32,963 nt of DNA from Candidatus Gallibacteroides avistercoris. GTDB taxonomy: Bacteria; Bacteroidota; Bacteroidia; Bacteroidales; CHK158-818. The stretch lies in contig DVNA01000040.1 in the NCBI GenBank assembly GCA_018714665.1, positions 1 through 32,963 on the forward strand, written 5' to 3'. The stretch's first letter is position 1. Each line of letters begins with the position of its first letter. Below are positions 8,814 to 17,154 of this stretch, piece after piece. The notes beneath the pieces were generated by a model, which worked only from the letters and a program-made list of their open reading frames with translations, made no database searches and was not told where the DNA came from. The position numbers and the translations under genes were made by a program.

Positions 8814-9641
8814 TTATTTCAAATTAAACCGGTAGGTAATCGTCCCCGACTGGTTGGCCGTACCGCTAATGGCATTGAATTTTGCCCTTTTGGCGGCTTC
8901 TCGGGCGGCATTGCGCAACGAGGTATTTTCGATGGTGGTACCTTTGCCTATTTCGGCCATGATGACATTGCCTTTGGGATCTACCGTGATGGAAATGACT
9001 ACCTTTCCCTCTTCCTGGGCCTGGTATGCCGGGCGAGGAAGGCCTTCTCCTCCCAACGAACGCCCGTTCAGGTCGAAATCGCCGATACCTCCTACGCCGG
9101 TACTTTTGCCTTCGGTAGAGTTTCCAAAGGGACTACCCTGATTGCCCGCTCCGCTTTCGGCTGTACCGCTGCTTCCCTTTTGACTGCCCGAACCGAATGC
9201 GCCTGCCGTACGTTTGGCTATATCGGCCGCCTTGCGTTCTTCTTCCTGTTTTTTCCGCTCAGCCTCTTCTTTTTCCTTCCGGATGCGTTCCTCTTCTATG
9301 CGTTGTTGCTTTTCCTTCTCTTCTTGTTCTTTCTTGCGTTTTATATCTTCTTCAATCGCCACGGATTCCTCGATGTCTTGCGTTACAATCTCTTCGGCTT
9401 CCTGAGGTTTCGGCGTTGGCGGAGGGGTAGGCTGCTGTACCGGTTCGGGCGCATCGCCCGTATGCTGGGGTTCAAATGTTCCCCGAGCCGCGTCGATATT
9501 GCCGAATTGTACCAATACGCCGCCATCGTCCGTGGGCAACGTCTGCGTAAAGGTAAAATAACACAACAAGAGGATCAGCAGCGTATGAAATCCTACGGTA
9601 CCGACAAGTGCATACGTTCTATTTTTATCGTTGTCTTTCAC
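8814..9641 (-). CDS. TonB/TolA-family energy transducer
   Basis: N-terminal TM helix with T-x3-H (GTVGFHTLL), Pro-rich and E/K-rich linker, TonB C-domain (PAY...EEGKVVISITVDPKGNV...AREAAKRAKF); GTG start. Confidence 0.88.
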   Translation of the reverse strand: MKDNDKNRTYALVGTVGFHTLLILLLCYFTFTQTLPTDDGGVLVQFGNIDAARGTFEPQHTGDAPEPVQQPTPPPTPKPQEAEEIVTQDIEESVAIEEDIKRKKEQEEKEKQQRIEEERIRKEKEEAERKKQEEERKAADIAKRTAGAFGSGSQKGSSGTAESGAGNQGSPFGNSTEGKSTGVGGIGDFDLNGRSLGGEGLPRPAYQAQEEGKVVISITVDPKGNVIMAEIGKGTTIENTSLRNAAREAAKRAKFNAISGTANQSGTITYRFNLK

Positions 9642-9647
9642 GCCGTG

Positions 9648-10061
9648 TTATTTTTTCGATGGCCGAGTAGCCAACACCATTTTAAAACGATTTTCACTTC
9701 CGATATTTAATACCTTGATTACCTCCTTGTAGGGTACCGACTCGTCGGCGTACAGGGCTACATACATTTCGGGCTCGGCATCTTGCTTTTCAACCAGAAA
9801 CGGAGCGATGTCATCGAACTGAACCATCTTTTCTTTCTGGTTGCCGTATCCTACATAGTAATTGAGGTTGGCATCTATGGTTACTCGTGCCAGCGGTTTG
9901 GCCGAGGTCTGCTGCTTGCTTTGGGGCAACAACACTTTTATGGCATTGGGGAACACCACGGTAGATGTTACCATAAAAAATATAAGCAACAGAAATATTA
10001 CGTCTGTCATAGAGGCCATACTGAATGTGGCCGCTATTTTATTTCTCCTTTTTAATGCCAT
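9648..10061 (-). CDS. exbD: Biopolymer transporter ExbD/TolR
   Basis: SMTDVIFLLLIFFMV with the conserved TM Asp; ADESVPYKEVIKVL. Confidence 0.92.
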   Translation of the reverse strand: MALKRRNKIAATFSMASMTDVIFLLLIFFMVTSTVVFPNAIKVLLPQSKQQTSAKPLARVTIDANLNYYVGYGNQKEKMVQFDDIAPFLVEKQDAEPEMYVALYADESVPYKEVIKVLNIGSENRFKMVLATRPSKK

Positions 10062-10073
10062 TCTTTTGCTTTT

Positions 10074-10784
10074 TTAGTTTGCGGGTTCGTTTAACAGGTC
10101 CATGAATTCCATGGTCCTGGCCTCCATTTTATTGACAACGCCATCTACTCTCGATACCAAATAGTTGTAGGCAAACAGGGCAATGATCCCCACTACCAAC
10201 CCGGCAACGGTGGTTACCAACGCTTCGTAGATACCGGCTGAAAGCAGGGTTATGTCGGCTGCGCTTCCGGCTGAGGACATATCGAAAAACGCCCGTACCA
10301 TACCGGTTACCGTACCCAAAAAGCCCAACATAGGAGCTCCGGCAGCGGTAGTAGCAATGACGGTGAACCCTTTTTCAAGTTTGGCCACTTCCATGTTCCC
10401 GACATTTTCTATGGCTACCAGTACATCGTTCATCGGACGTCCTAAACGAGAAATGCCTTTCTCTACCATACGGGCATACGGGGTATTGCTCTTGCGGCAG
10501 AGGTTGAGTGCTGAATCGATTTGTCCTTCGTGTATGTAATCTTTTATTCTGTCCATAAAGGTGGTGTCTTCTTTTTCTGCCTGGCGAATCGCCAAAATGC
10601 GTTCTATCAGGATATATACGGCCAATATGGAAAGCAATAGCAAGGGGATCATGATGATACCGCCTTTCAGGCTGAGTTCCCACATACTGAGTTCCGGCTC
10701 CTGCACTTCGGAGAGTTGTGTCAGTTCGGGCATCGTTTCGACAGCTTCCTGGGCTGCTTGCTGGATGGATAATAACAGGTTCAT
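10074..10784 (-). CDS. exbB: MotA/TolQ/ExbB proton channel protein
   Basis: APMLGFLGTVTGMVRAF and GIYEALVTTVAGLVVGI motifs. Confidence 0.92.
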   Translation of the reverse strand: MNLLLSIQQAAQEAVETMPELTQLSEVQEPELSMWELSLKGGIIMIPLLLLSILAVYILIERILAIRQAEKEDTTFMDRIKDYIHEGQIDSALNLCRKSNTPYARMVEKGISRLGRPMNDVLVAIENVGNMEVAKLEKGFTVIATTAAGAPMLGFLGTVTGMVRAFFDMSSAGSAADITLLSAGIYEALVTTVAGLVVGIIALFAYNYLVSRVDGVVNKMEARTMEFMDLLNEPAN

Positions 10785-10816
10785 TGGTTGATTCTTTTAT
10801 AACGATTAATTTTTAT

Positions 10817-11539
10817 TTATTTCAAATTCAAGCAGGCTTTGTACTGGCGGATGGCCTCTCCCAATCCCAGATAGAGGGCATCGCATATCAGGGCGTGCCC
10901 GATGGATACTTCGTCCAAATACGGGATGTTCACCGCCAGGTAGTGTAAATTGGAGAGATTCAGGTCGTGCCCGGCATTTATACCCAACCCTAACTTACGG
11001 GCGGTCTCTGCCGCTTGTACAAACGGCGCGACGGCAGCCTCTTTGTCCTTTTCGTATTTTACCGCATAGGGCTCCGTGTAGAGTTCTACCCGATCGGCTC
11101 CTGTCTTGGCGGCCCACTTGATCTGTTCTATGTCATCGGCCGATACAAACAGGGAGGTACGTATGCCTGCTCCGTTGAACTTATCGACAATTTCGGACAA
11201 GAAATCCATGTTCTCGGCTACGTTCCAGCCCGAATCGGATGTCAAGGCATCGGGAGCATCCGGCACCAGCGTTACCTGCTCAGGCTTTACTTTCAATACC
11301 AGATCGATAAACTGGGGCGATGGATAACCCTCTATATTGAATTCGCTTTTTATCAAAGGACGCAACGCAAACACGTCGCTGTATTTTATATGGCGCCCGT
11401 CGGGACGGGGATGAACGGTTATTCCCTCTGCACCAAACTGTTCGCAATCTACCGCCACTTTTTGTACATCCGGCACATTTCTTCCGCGAGCATTCCGCAA
11501 AGTAGCGATTTTATTAATGTTTACACTCAGTTTTGTCAT
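10817..11539 (-). CDS. pdxJ: Pyridoxine 5'-phosphate synthase
   Basis: [47 protein letters not shown]. Confidence 0.96.
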   Translation of the reverse strand: MTKLSVNINKIATLRNARGRNVPDVQKVAVDCEQFGAEGITVHPRPDGRHIKYSDVFALRPLIKSEFNIEGYPSPQFIDLVLKVKPEQVTLVPDAPDALTSDSGWNVAENMDFLSEIVDKFNGAGIRTSLFVSADDIEQIKWAAKTGADRVELYTEPYAVKYEKDKEAAVAPFVQAAETARKLGLGINAGHDLNLSNLHYLAVNIPYLDEVSIGHALICDALYLGLGEAIRQYKACLNLK

Positions 11540-11609
11540 TCTTCGCTTATCGTAGATATTCGTCTAAAATATATTTTTAAAACGAAAGGGTTGTTCGTTT
11601 CGTACGATG

Positions 11610-11617
11610 CAAAAATA
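11610..11617 (-). promoter_or_regulatory. -7 element TATTTTTG(CA) for the pdxJ operon
   Basis: Exact TAnnTTTG on - strand, 70 nt upstream of pdxJ. Confidence 0.5.
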
Positions 11618-11712
11618 ATAGTATTTGCAGAAAATTCCGTCAAAATATGTATAAAAGATTTTTTTAAATCTTTTTTATGGCGTACGGCCGGCATTAAATG
11701 TAAAAAAATGTG

Positions 11713-11728
11713 TACGTTTGTACGTTTG
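11713..11728 (+). promoter_or_regulatory. Tandem -7 elements TACGTTTG-TACGTTTG for nadK
   Basis: Two abutting exact TAnnTTTG matches (11713-11720, 11721-11728). Confidence 0.55.
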
Positions 11729-11797
11729 GCAAAAACGACACAGGACGGCTCCGTCAGGTTACAGTCTTGTGAACTCCAATAAAGACAAATGTAGTAT

Positions 11798-12670
11798 ATG
11801 AAGATAGCGATTTTCGGGAATAAACATCAGAAAGAAAAAAGTGCACAAGCCAGACTCCTGTTCGGAGTTTTGGAAAAGTATGGCGTGGAGGTGGCCATTT
11901 GTAAGGACTTTTATGCATTTCTGGTATCCAATATGGATTTGCGCCCCCAAACCACGCAACTGATTTCTGACGACTACTTCGATGCCGACATCGCCATCAG
12001 CATGGGTGGAGACGGGACGTTTCTGAAAACGGCCGAACGGATCGGGCGGAAAAACATCCCGATTTTGGGCATCAACACCGGGCGCCTGGGATTCCTGGCC
12101 GACGTGGCACCGCAAGAGATAGAACAGACCATCGCTGAAATCATCAGCGGGCAATACCTGGTGGAGGAACGTTCGCTGCTGCAACTGCAAACCCAAGGGC
12201 TTTGCAAATCTTTTTATCCTTACGCTCTGAATGAAATTGCCGTATCGAAACGGGACTCGTCATCCATGCTTACCATACATACTTTTCTGGACGACAATTA
12301 CCTGAATGCGTACCAGGCCGACGGTTTGATCATTGCTACTCCGACCGGTTCGACAGCCTACTCCCTGAGCGTGGGAGGACCGATTATCGTACCGCAGGCT
12401 CACAATTTCGTCATTACGGCAGTGGCTCCCCACAGCTTGAATGTGCGCCCATTGGTCATCAACGACAACTCTATCATCCGCTTGCAGGTGGAGAGCCGCA
12501 ATACGAATTTCCTCATAGGGGTAGACGGACGGTCGGCTGTCATGAACAGCCGGTATGAGTTGAACATCCGCAAAGCCGATTATACAACAAAGGTGGTCAA
12601 GAGACTTGACCACCTGTTTCACAATACGCTCCGCAACAAACTAATGTGGGGAGCGGATAAACGCATCTAA
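11798..12670 (+). CDS. nadK: NAD kinase
   Basis: GGDGT, GINTGRLGFL, ALNE, ADGLIIATPTGSTAYSLSVGGP. Confidence 0.96.
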   Translation: MKIAIFGNKHQKEKSAQARLLFGVLEKYGVEVAICKDFYAFLVSNMDLRPQTTQLISDDYFDADIAISMGGDGTFLKTAERIGRKNIPILGINTGRLGFLADVAPQEIEQTIAEIISGQYLVEERSLLQLQTQGLCKSFYPYALNEIAVSKRDSSSMLTIHTFLDDNYLNAYQADGLIIATPTGSTAYSLSVGGPIIVPQAHNFVITAVAPHSLNVRPLVINDNSIIRLQVESRNTNFLIGVDGRSAVMNSRYELNIRKADYTTKVVKRLDHLFHNTLRNKLMWGADKRI

Positions 12671-12700
12671 CATCTAACCTATATTAACTTAATCATGAGT

Positions 12701-13831
12701 TTACATTTGAAGCCAATGCACGTTGATGTGCCAAACTGGATTTGAAAGCAGTACGGGCAGGCAGGAGAAGGTCCAATACAACAGCAAAACAATTCCCACA
12801 AGCCAACTTATACCCAAGACCCAGTTGATGGCCTTGCTGAGCGGTTTTTCTAAAACCGCACTGACAATCAAGAAACGGATCAACGCGACAATCGGGATTC
12901 CAAAAACAAGCAACAGCCCAAAAATCAAAGGGGTAGAATGTGATATTACAGGCCACAAACTATCAGGAATACCCATACCAGGGAGATGAGGAGCCATCAG
13001 AGCCCCCTCGTCAAAAATCCACGCTAAGGAGGACAGAATCATCGCCCCAAAACCGAAAGACATTAAAAACAGCAACAAGGCACTGATGATCCCTACTACG
13101 ATCAAGGTAATGACGATTATTAGCAATACCCGCAAAACTACCGCCAGCGCAGATCTTGTTTTCCGGAATACCGAACCGCCATCTCCCTTCTTCTTTTCGG
13201 CCAGAATACTGTGCCGTATATTGTCGATGGTAACGGCATATCCGTTCATCTGCAACTTCTGGGCAGAGCTCTTCGCCTCGGGGATGATAATCCACATCAA
13301 CAGATACAGCAACACGGAAGCTCCCCACAAAAAGGCAAATATAACGAAAAGGATACGTACAATATTGGCATCTATATTCAGGTAATGACCTATCCCGGAG
13401 GAGACTCCGCCCAACACCTGATTGTCCGGATCGCGAAACAACCGTTTGGGTCCTTTTTCATACGGGGTATTCAATATCTCCTCTTCGCTCTTTTCGGACG
13501 ATGGCTGGGCGGGAGCGTCGCTCGCCTCTTTGTGCCCGCCGACGTTTTCCGGTCCGGCCTCCAACCCGTCTTTTTCAAAATCTTCGGGATGGCCCATTAT
13601 CTCAATCACTTCTCTGGCATCTCTGACGGTGAGCACTTCGAGACCGTAACGAATCCGTTCCTTAAACAGGTCGGACATACGGCTTTCGATGTCTTCCAAT
13701 ATCTCGTCAGCCCCCTCTTCGTTTTCAAAATGGTTCTTCAAGCTATCCAGATACTGGCGCAACAATTCGTATGCATCTTCATCGATATGGAAGATCGATT
13801 GCCCTAAATTTATGGTTGTAGTCTTTTTCAT
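12701..13831 (-). CDS. PspC-domain membrane protein (N-terminal helical domain, PspC domain, multi-TM C-terminus)
   Basis: MKKTTTINL...FHIDEDAY..L..YL N-terminus; KRLFRDPDNQVLGGVSSGIGHYL...YLLMWIIIPEA PspC signature; follows padR. Confidence 0.9.
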   Translation of the reverse strand: MKKTTTINLGQSIFHIDEDAYELLRQYLDSLKNHFENEEGADEILEDIESRMSDLFKERIRYGLEVLTVRDAREVIEIMGHPEDFEKDGLEAGPENVGGHKEASDAPAQPSSEKSEEEILNTPYEKGPKRLFRDPDNQVLGGVSSGIGHYLNIDANIVRILFVIFAFLWGASVLLYLLMWIIIPEAKSSAQKLQMNGYAVTIDNIRHSILAEKKKGDGGSVFRKTRSALAVVLRVLLIIVITLIVVGIISALLLFLMSFGFGAMILSSLAWIFDEGALMAPHLPGMGIPDSLWPVISHSTPLIFGLLLVFGIPIVALIRFLIVSAVLEKPLSKAINWVLGISWLVGIVLLLYWTFSCLPVLLSNPVWHINVHWLQM

Positions 13832-13855
13832 AACAAATTATAGCCTGCTTATTGT

Positions 13856-14257
13856 TTATCTGAAAGAGTCCTGTCCGGCAATGTAATCGGGAACCCTATT
13901 GTCCGGCTCCGAGAAACGGTTGCCTTCGCCACGATCCTCTTTTATATGGTTGATAACTTGATTCAAATCGTTCCACGAAGCCTCCAACTCTTCCAGGAAA
14001 AGACGTCCTTCCGGCGTCAGTTCGTAATATTTTCTGGGTGGCCCCTGTGTCGATTCGACCCAACTGTAAACCAAAAGTCCCGAGTTTTTCAAACGCGTCA
14101 ACAACGGATAGAGCGTCCCCTCTACAACGATGAGGCGGGCCTCTTTCAAGGCCTGTATAATATCAGACACATAGGCTTTCTTCTTATTCAGTATCAGCAA
14201 TGTGCAATACTCTAAGATTCCTTTCCGCATCTGGGATTTTACATTTTCCGTATTCAT
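13856..14257 (-). CDS. PadR-family transcriptional regulator
   Basis: QMRKGILEYC, EGTLYPLLTRL, GPPRKYYELT. Confidence 0.94.
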   Translation of the reverse strand: MNTENVKSQMRKGILEYCTLLILNKKKAYVSDIIQALKEARLIVVEGTLYPLLTRLKNSGLLVYSWVESTQGPPRKYYELTPEGRLFLEELEASWNDLNQVINHIKEDRGEGNRFSEPDNRVPDYIAGQDSFR

Positions 14258-14280
14258 TCATCCTTCCCTTAATAGCATCA

Positions 14281-14288
14281 CAAAGATA
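14281..14288 (-). promoter_or_regulatory. -7 element TATCTTTG for padR-pspC
   Basis: Exact TAnnTTTG on - strand, 23 nt upstream of the ATG. Confidence 0.55.
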
Positions 14289-14438
14289 CGCGTATTTTAA
14301 GTACTATGCAATACAAACTACTATATTTAACTTATTTTTTATCAAATAACGTACTCAAAAGGGAAAACGTCGAACCGACCCGAGCAAAAGAGACGGTATC
14401 ATCGGCTAAACAGATTTATAATTTAACAAGAAATGAGC

Positions 14439-14446
14439 TACCTTTG
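14439..14446 (+). promoter_or_regulatory. -7 element TACCTTTG immediately before ATG 14451
   Basis: Exact TAnnTTTG separated from the ATG by only TTGT. Confidence 0.5.
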
Positions 14447-14450
14447 TTGT

Positions 14451-15152
14451 ATGAAACTCCGAAAAATCGAAAATACCGAATGGGGCACCATTGCCGTCCG
14501 GACACACGCACAGGCACGACACGTCATATACCGGGTCAAAAACGGACAACTAACCATTACCGCACCTCCCGGCCTCTCCCTGGAAACCATTCAAACCCTC
14601 ATCGGAGAAGAGCGGGAACGAATAAAAAAACTTACAAACAAAAGAGTGTCTTTCTTACAGGCAGGGGATATGATTACGACCCGCTGCTTTACCATACATC
14701 TGGTGCCACACAAAGGGAACCGACTGCACTTTTCGCTGCACGAGCAACTGCTGACCATCCTCTATCCCGCCGATATACCGATTGAAACTCCTTCTTTACA
14801 ACGCGCTCTAAAAAAGGGCATTTGCCATTTCCTGCACCAATCGGCCTGCTCCTTCCTGCCGACAAGAGCCGAACAACTCAGCCGCCGGACCAATGCTCCT
14901 TACTGGTCCGTCAGCATATCGCACGGGCGACAAAGATTGGGCAAATGCGACATCCGTGGCAACATCTGGCTATCCTACTACCTGATGCTGCTTCCCGACC
15001 GCCTGATCGACTATGTTATCTGCCACGAACTGGCACACCTCAGCGAAATGAACCACAGCAAACGGTTTCACCAAATATGCAACCAGTATTGCAATGGGAA
15101 GGAAAAAATCTTAGAAAAAGAGTTGAAACAATTCGTTTTTCCTATTCCCTAA
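14451..15152 (+). CDS. YgjP/DUF45 (M48/SprT-like) zinc metallo-hydrolase
   Basis: RLGKC, LIDYVICHELAHLSEMNHSKRF (HExxH...NHS.F) signature. Start moved from 14433 to 14451 on promoter position. Confidence 0.85.
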   Translation: MKLRKIENTEWGTIAVRTHAQARHVIYRVKNGQLTITAPPGLSLETIQTLIGEERERIKKLTNKRVSFLQAGDMITTRCFTIHLVPHKGNRLHFSLHEQLLTILYPADIPIETPSLQRALKKGICHFLHQSACSFLPTRAEQLSRRTNAPYWSVSISHGRQRLGKCDIRGNIWLSYYLMLLPDRLIDYVICHELAHLSEMNHSKRFHQICNQYCNGKEKILEKELKQFVFPIP

Positions 15153-15227
15153 AAAGAGAAAATAAAGAATAATAAAACATAATTTTATCGGAGTATACTG
15201 CAATTTTATCGAAAAAAGAGAGAAGAA

Positions 15228-15259
15228 TTTGGTAGAGCCACCTAATATATATATCTTTG
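15228..15259 (+). promoter_or_regulatory. Full Bacteroidetes sigma-A promoter of the rimP-nusA-infB operon
   Basis: -33 TTTG (15228-15231), 20-nt spacer, -7 TATCTTTG (15252-15259). Confidence 0.75.
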
Positions 15260-15281
15260 TAGCTGGAATGGGAGAAGATGG

Positions 15282-15311
15282 GAGGGGGCAAAAATGCCCC
15301 CTCGTTTTGTT
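15282..15311 (+). promoter_or_regulatory. rimP leader: terminator-like attenuator hairpin
   Basis: Perfect 9-bp stem GAGGGGGCA-AAAA-TGCCCCCTC followed by GTTTTGTT, between promoter and rimP ATG; matches the known GGGc..gCCC rimP-leader motif. Confidence 0.75.
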
Positions 15312-15329
15312 CCTAAACTGTTCAAAAAA

Positions 15330-15800
15330 ATGATTGAGAAAAAAGAGATAACAGCCATCATCCAGGAATGGATAGCGGACAACGCCGGCTACTTTTTGGT
15401 AGATGTGGAGATAAAACCCGGCAATTCGATCGTCGTAGAGATAGACCACAACGAGGGGGTGGATATTTCGACCTGCTCGGATTTGAGCCAATTCATCGAA
15501 TCGCGTCTGGACAGAGACGTGGAAGATTACGAACTGGAAGTGGGCTCTGCTGGATTGACCGCTCCTTTCAAAGTATTGGGACAATACCTGAAAAATATCG
15601 GTAACGAAGTGGAGGTATTGACCAAAAGCGGACAAAAATTGGCAGGGGTTCTGAAATCGGCCGACGACTCCGGATTTACCCTCACGGTAGTAAAAAAGGT
15701 GAAACCAGAAGGCAGCAAGAAAAAAATAGAGATAGAAGAGGATTTATCCTTTCAAACAGACGAAATAAAATACATCAAATATTTAATCCGATTCAAATAG
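15330..15800 (+). CDS. rimP: Ribosome maturation factor RimP
   Basis: C..LS..IES.LDRDVEDYELEVGSAGL; directly upstream of nusA. Start moved from 15294 (inside the leader hairpin) to 15330. Confidence 0.93.
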   Translation: MIEKKEITAIIQEWIADNAGYFLVDVEIKPGNSIVVEIDHNEGVDISTCSDLSQFIESRLDRDVEDYELEVGSAGLTAPFKVLGQYLKNIGNEVEVLTKSGQKLAGVLKSADDSGFTLTVVKKVKPEGSKKKIEIEEDLSFQTDEIKYIKYLIRFK

Positions 15801-15803
15801 AAT

Positions 15804-17057
15804 ATGGCCAAGAAAGAAGAAACTATCAGCATGGTTGACACGTTCGCCGAATTTAAAGAATTGAAAAATATCGACAGAACAACCATGATCAGCGTTCTGG
15901 AAGAGTCGTTTCGCAATGTGCTGGCAAAGATGTTCGGCACCGACGAAAACTTCGACGTCATCATCAATCCCGACAAAGGAGATTTTGAAATATGGCGAAA
16001 CCGTACCGTAGTAGAAGATGGTACCGTTACCGACCCCAATTTGCACATATCGTTGTCGGACGCAAAAAAAATAGAAGAAGACATCGAGGTAGGCGAAGAG
16101 CTGACAGACGAGGTGTTCTTTGAAAAATTCGGACGACGAGCCATTTTAAACCTGCGTCAAACGCTTGCATCGAAAATACTGGAACTGCAAAAAGATAGCT
16201 TGTACAACAAATACAAAGACCGTATCGGACAAATCATCAGCGCAGAGGTATATCAGATATGGAAAAAAGAGATGTTGCTGCTCGACGATGAAGGGAACGA
16301 ACTCCTGTTGCCCAAAACAGAACAGATTCCTTCCGATTTTTATCGGAAAGGAGAAACGGTACGGGCCATCGTGGCACGGGTGGACAACAAAAACAACAAC
16401 CCCAAGATCATTCTCTCGCGCATCTCGCCCGTATTCCTGCAACGCCTTTTCGAGCTGGAAGTACCCGAAATACACGACGGATTGATCCTGATCCGCAAAA
16501 TAGCCCGCATACCGGGCGAACGGGCCAAAATAGCCGTCGAATCGTACGACGACCGTATCGACCCCGTAGGAGCCTGCGTCGGCGTAAAAGGCTCGCGCAT
16601 ACACGGCATCGTCCGGGAACTGAGAAACGAAAACATCGACGTGGTAAATTATACCACCAACGCCTCGCTGTTTATACAACGTGCATTGAGCCCGGCCAAG
16701 ATATCATCTATCCGACTGAATGAAGAGGAGAAAAAAGCCGAAGTATTTCTCAAACCCGAAGAGGTATCCCTGGCTATCGGCAAAGGCGGACTGAACATCA
16801 AACTGGCCTGTATGCTGACCGAATACACCATAGACGTATACCGCGACCTGGATGAAGCCGAAGAGGAAGATATCTATTTGGACGAATTCAAAGATGAAAT
16901 AGATGAATGGATCATCGAATCGCTCAAAAGTATCGGATGCGCCACCGCCAAGAGCGTATTGGCCATGCCGCGCGAAACCCTCATCGAAAAAGCGGATCTT
17001 GAAGAGAGCACCGTCGATGAAGTAATCGGTATTCTAAAAGCCGAATTTGAAGAATAA
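15804..17057 (+). CDS. nusA: Transcription termination factor NusA
   Basis: FGRRA, S1 domain, LFELEVPEI, ARIPGERAKIAV, DPVGACVGVKGSRI, LAIGKGGLNIKLA KH motifs. Confidence 0.97.
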   Translation: MAKKEETISMVDTFAEFKELKNIDRTTMISVLEESFRNVLAKMFGTDENFDVIINPDKGDFEIWRNRTVVEDGTVTDPNLHISLSDAKKIEEDIEVGEELTDEVFFEKFGRRAILNLRQTLASKILELQKDSLYNKYKDRIGQIISAEVYQIWKKEMLLLDDEGNELLLPKTEQIPSDFYRKGETVRAIVARVDNKNNNPKIILSRISPVFLQRLFELEVPEIHDGLILIRKIARIPGERAKIAVESYDDRIDPVGACVGVKGSRIHGIVRELRNENIDVVNYTTNASLFIQRALSPAKISSIRLNEEEKKAEVFLKPEEVSLAIGKGGLNIKLACMLTEYTIDVYRDLDEAEEEDIYLDEFKDEIDEWIIESLKSIGCATAKSVLAMPRETLIEKADLEESTVDEVIGILKAEFEE

Positions 17058-17154
17058 CCGGCGATCGGACGGGGAAACCGCCCGATAACATCCGGCCCGG
17101 GTAACGAAAAATTTGTTTCCCTACTCTTATAATGTATTAATGATAAAACCCAAT

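Noticed and set aside
11580-11600. AAACGAA/TTCGTTT hairpin in the pdxJ leader (possible B6-responsive attenuator)
   Set aside because: A weak AT-rich 7-bp stem with no alternative structure or recognisable aptamer.
12664-12700. CATCTAA tandem repeat and absence of a terminator between convergent nadK and pspC
   Set aside because: A two-copy 7-mer in AT-rich DNA is expected by chance, and factor-dependent termination could explain the missing hairpin.
14306-14785. 159-aa ORF overlapping the DUF45 gene in another frame
   Set aside because: It starts inside the padR promoter region, has no family motif, and most of it overlaps a better-supported CDS.
14451-15152. DUF45 gene as a marker of a restriction/defence island
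   Set aside because: No hsd, methylase, nuclease or mobile genes are nearby, and the flanks are housekeeping.
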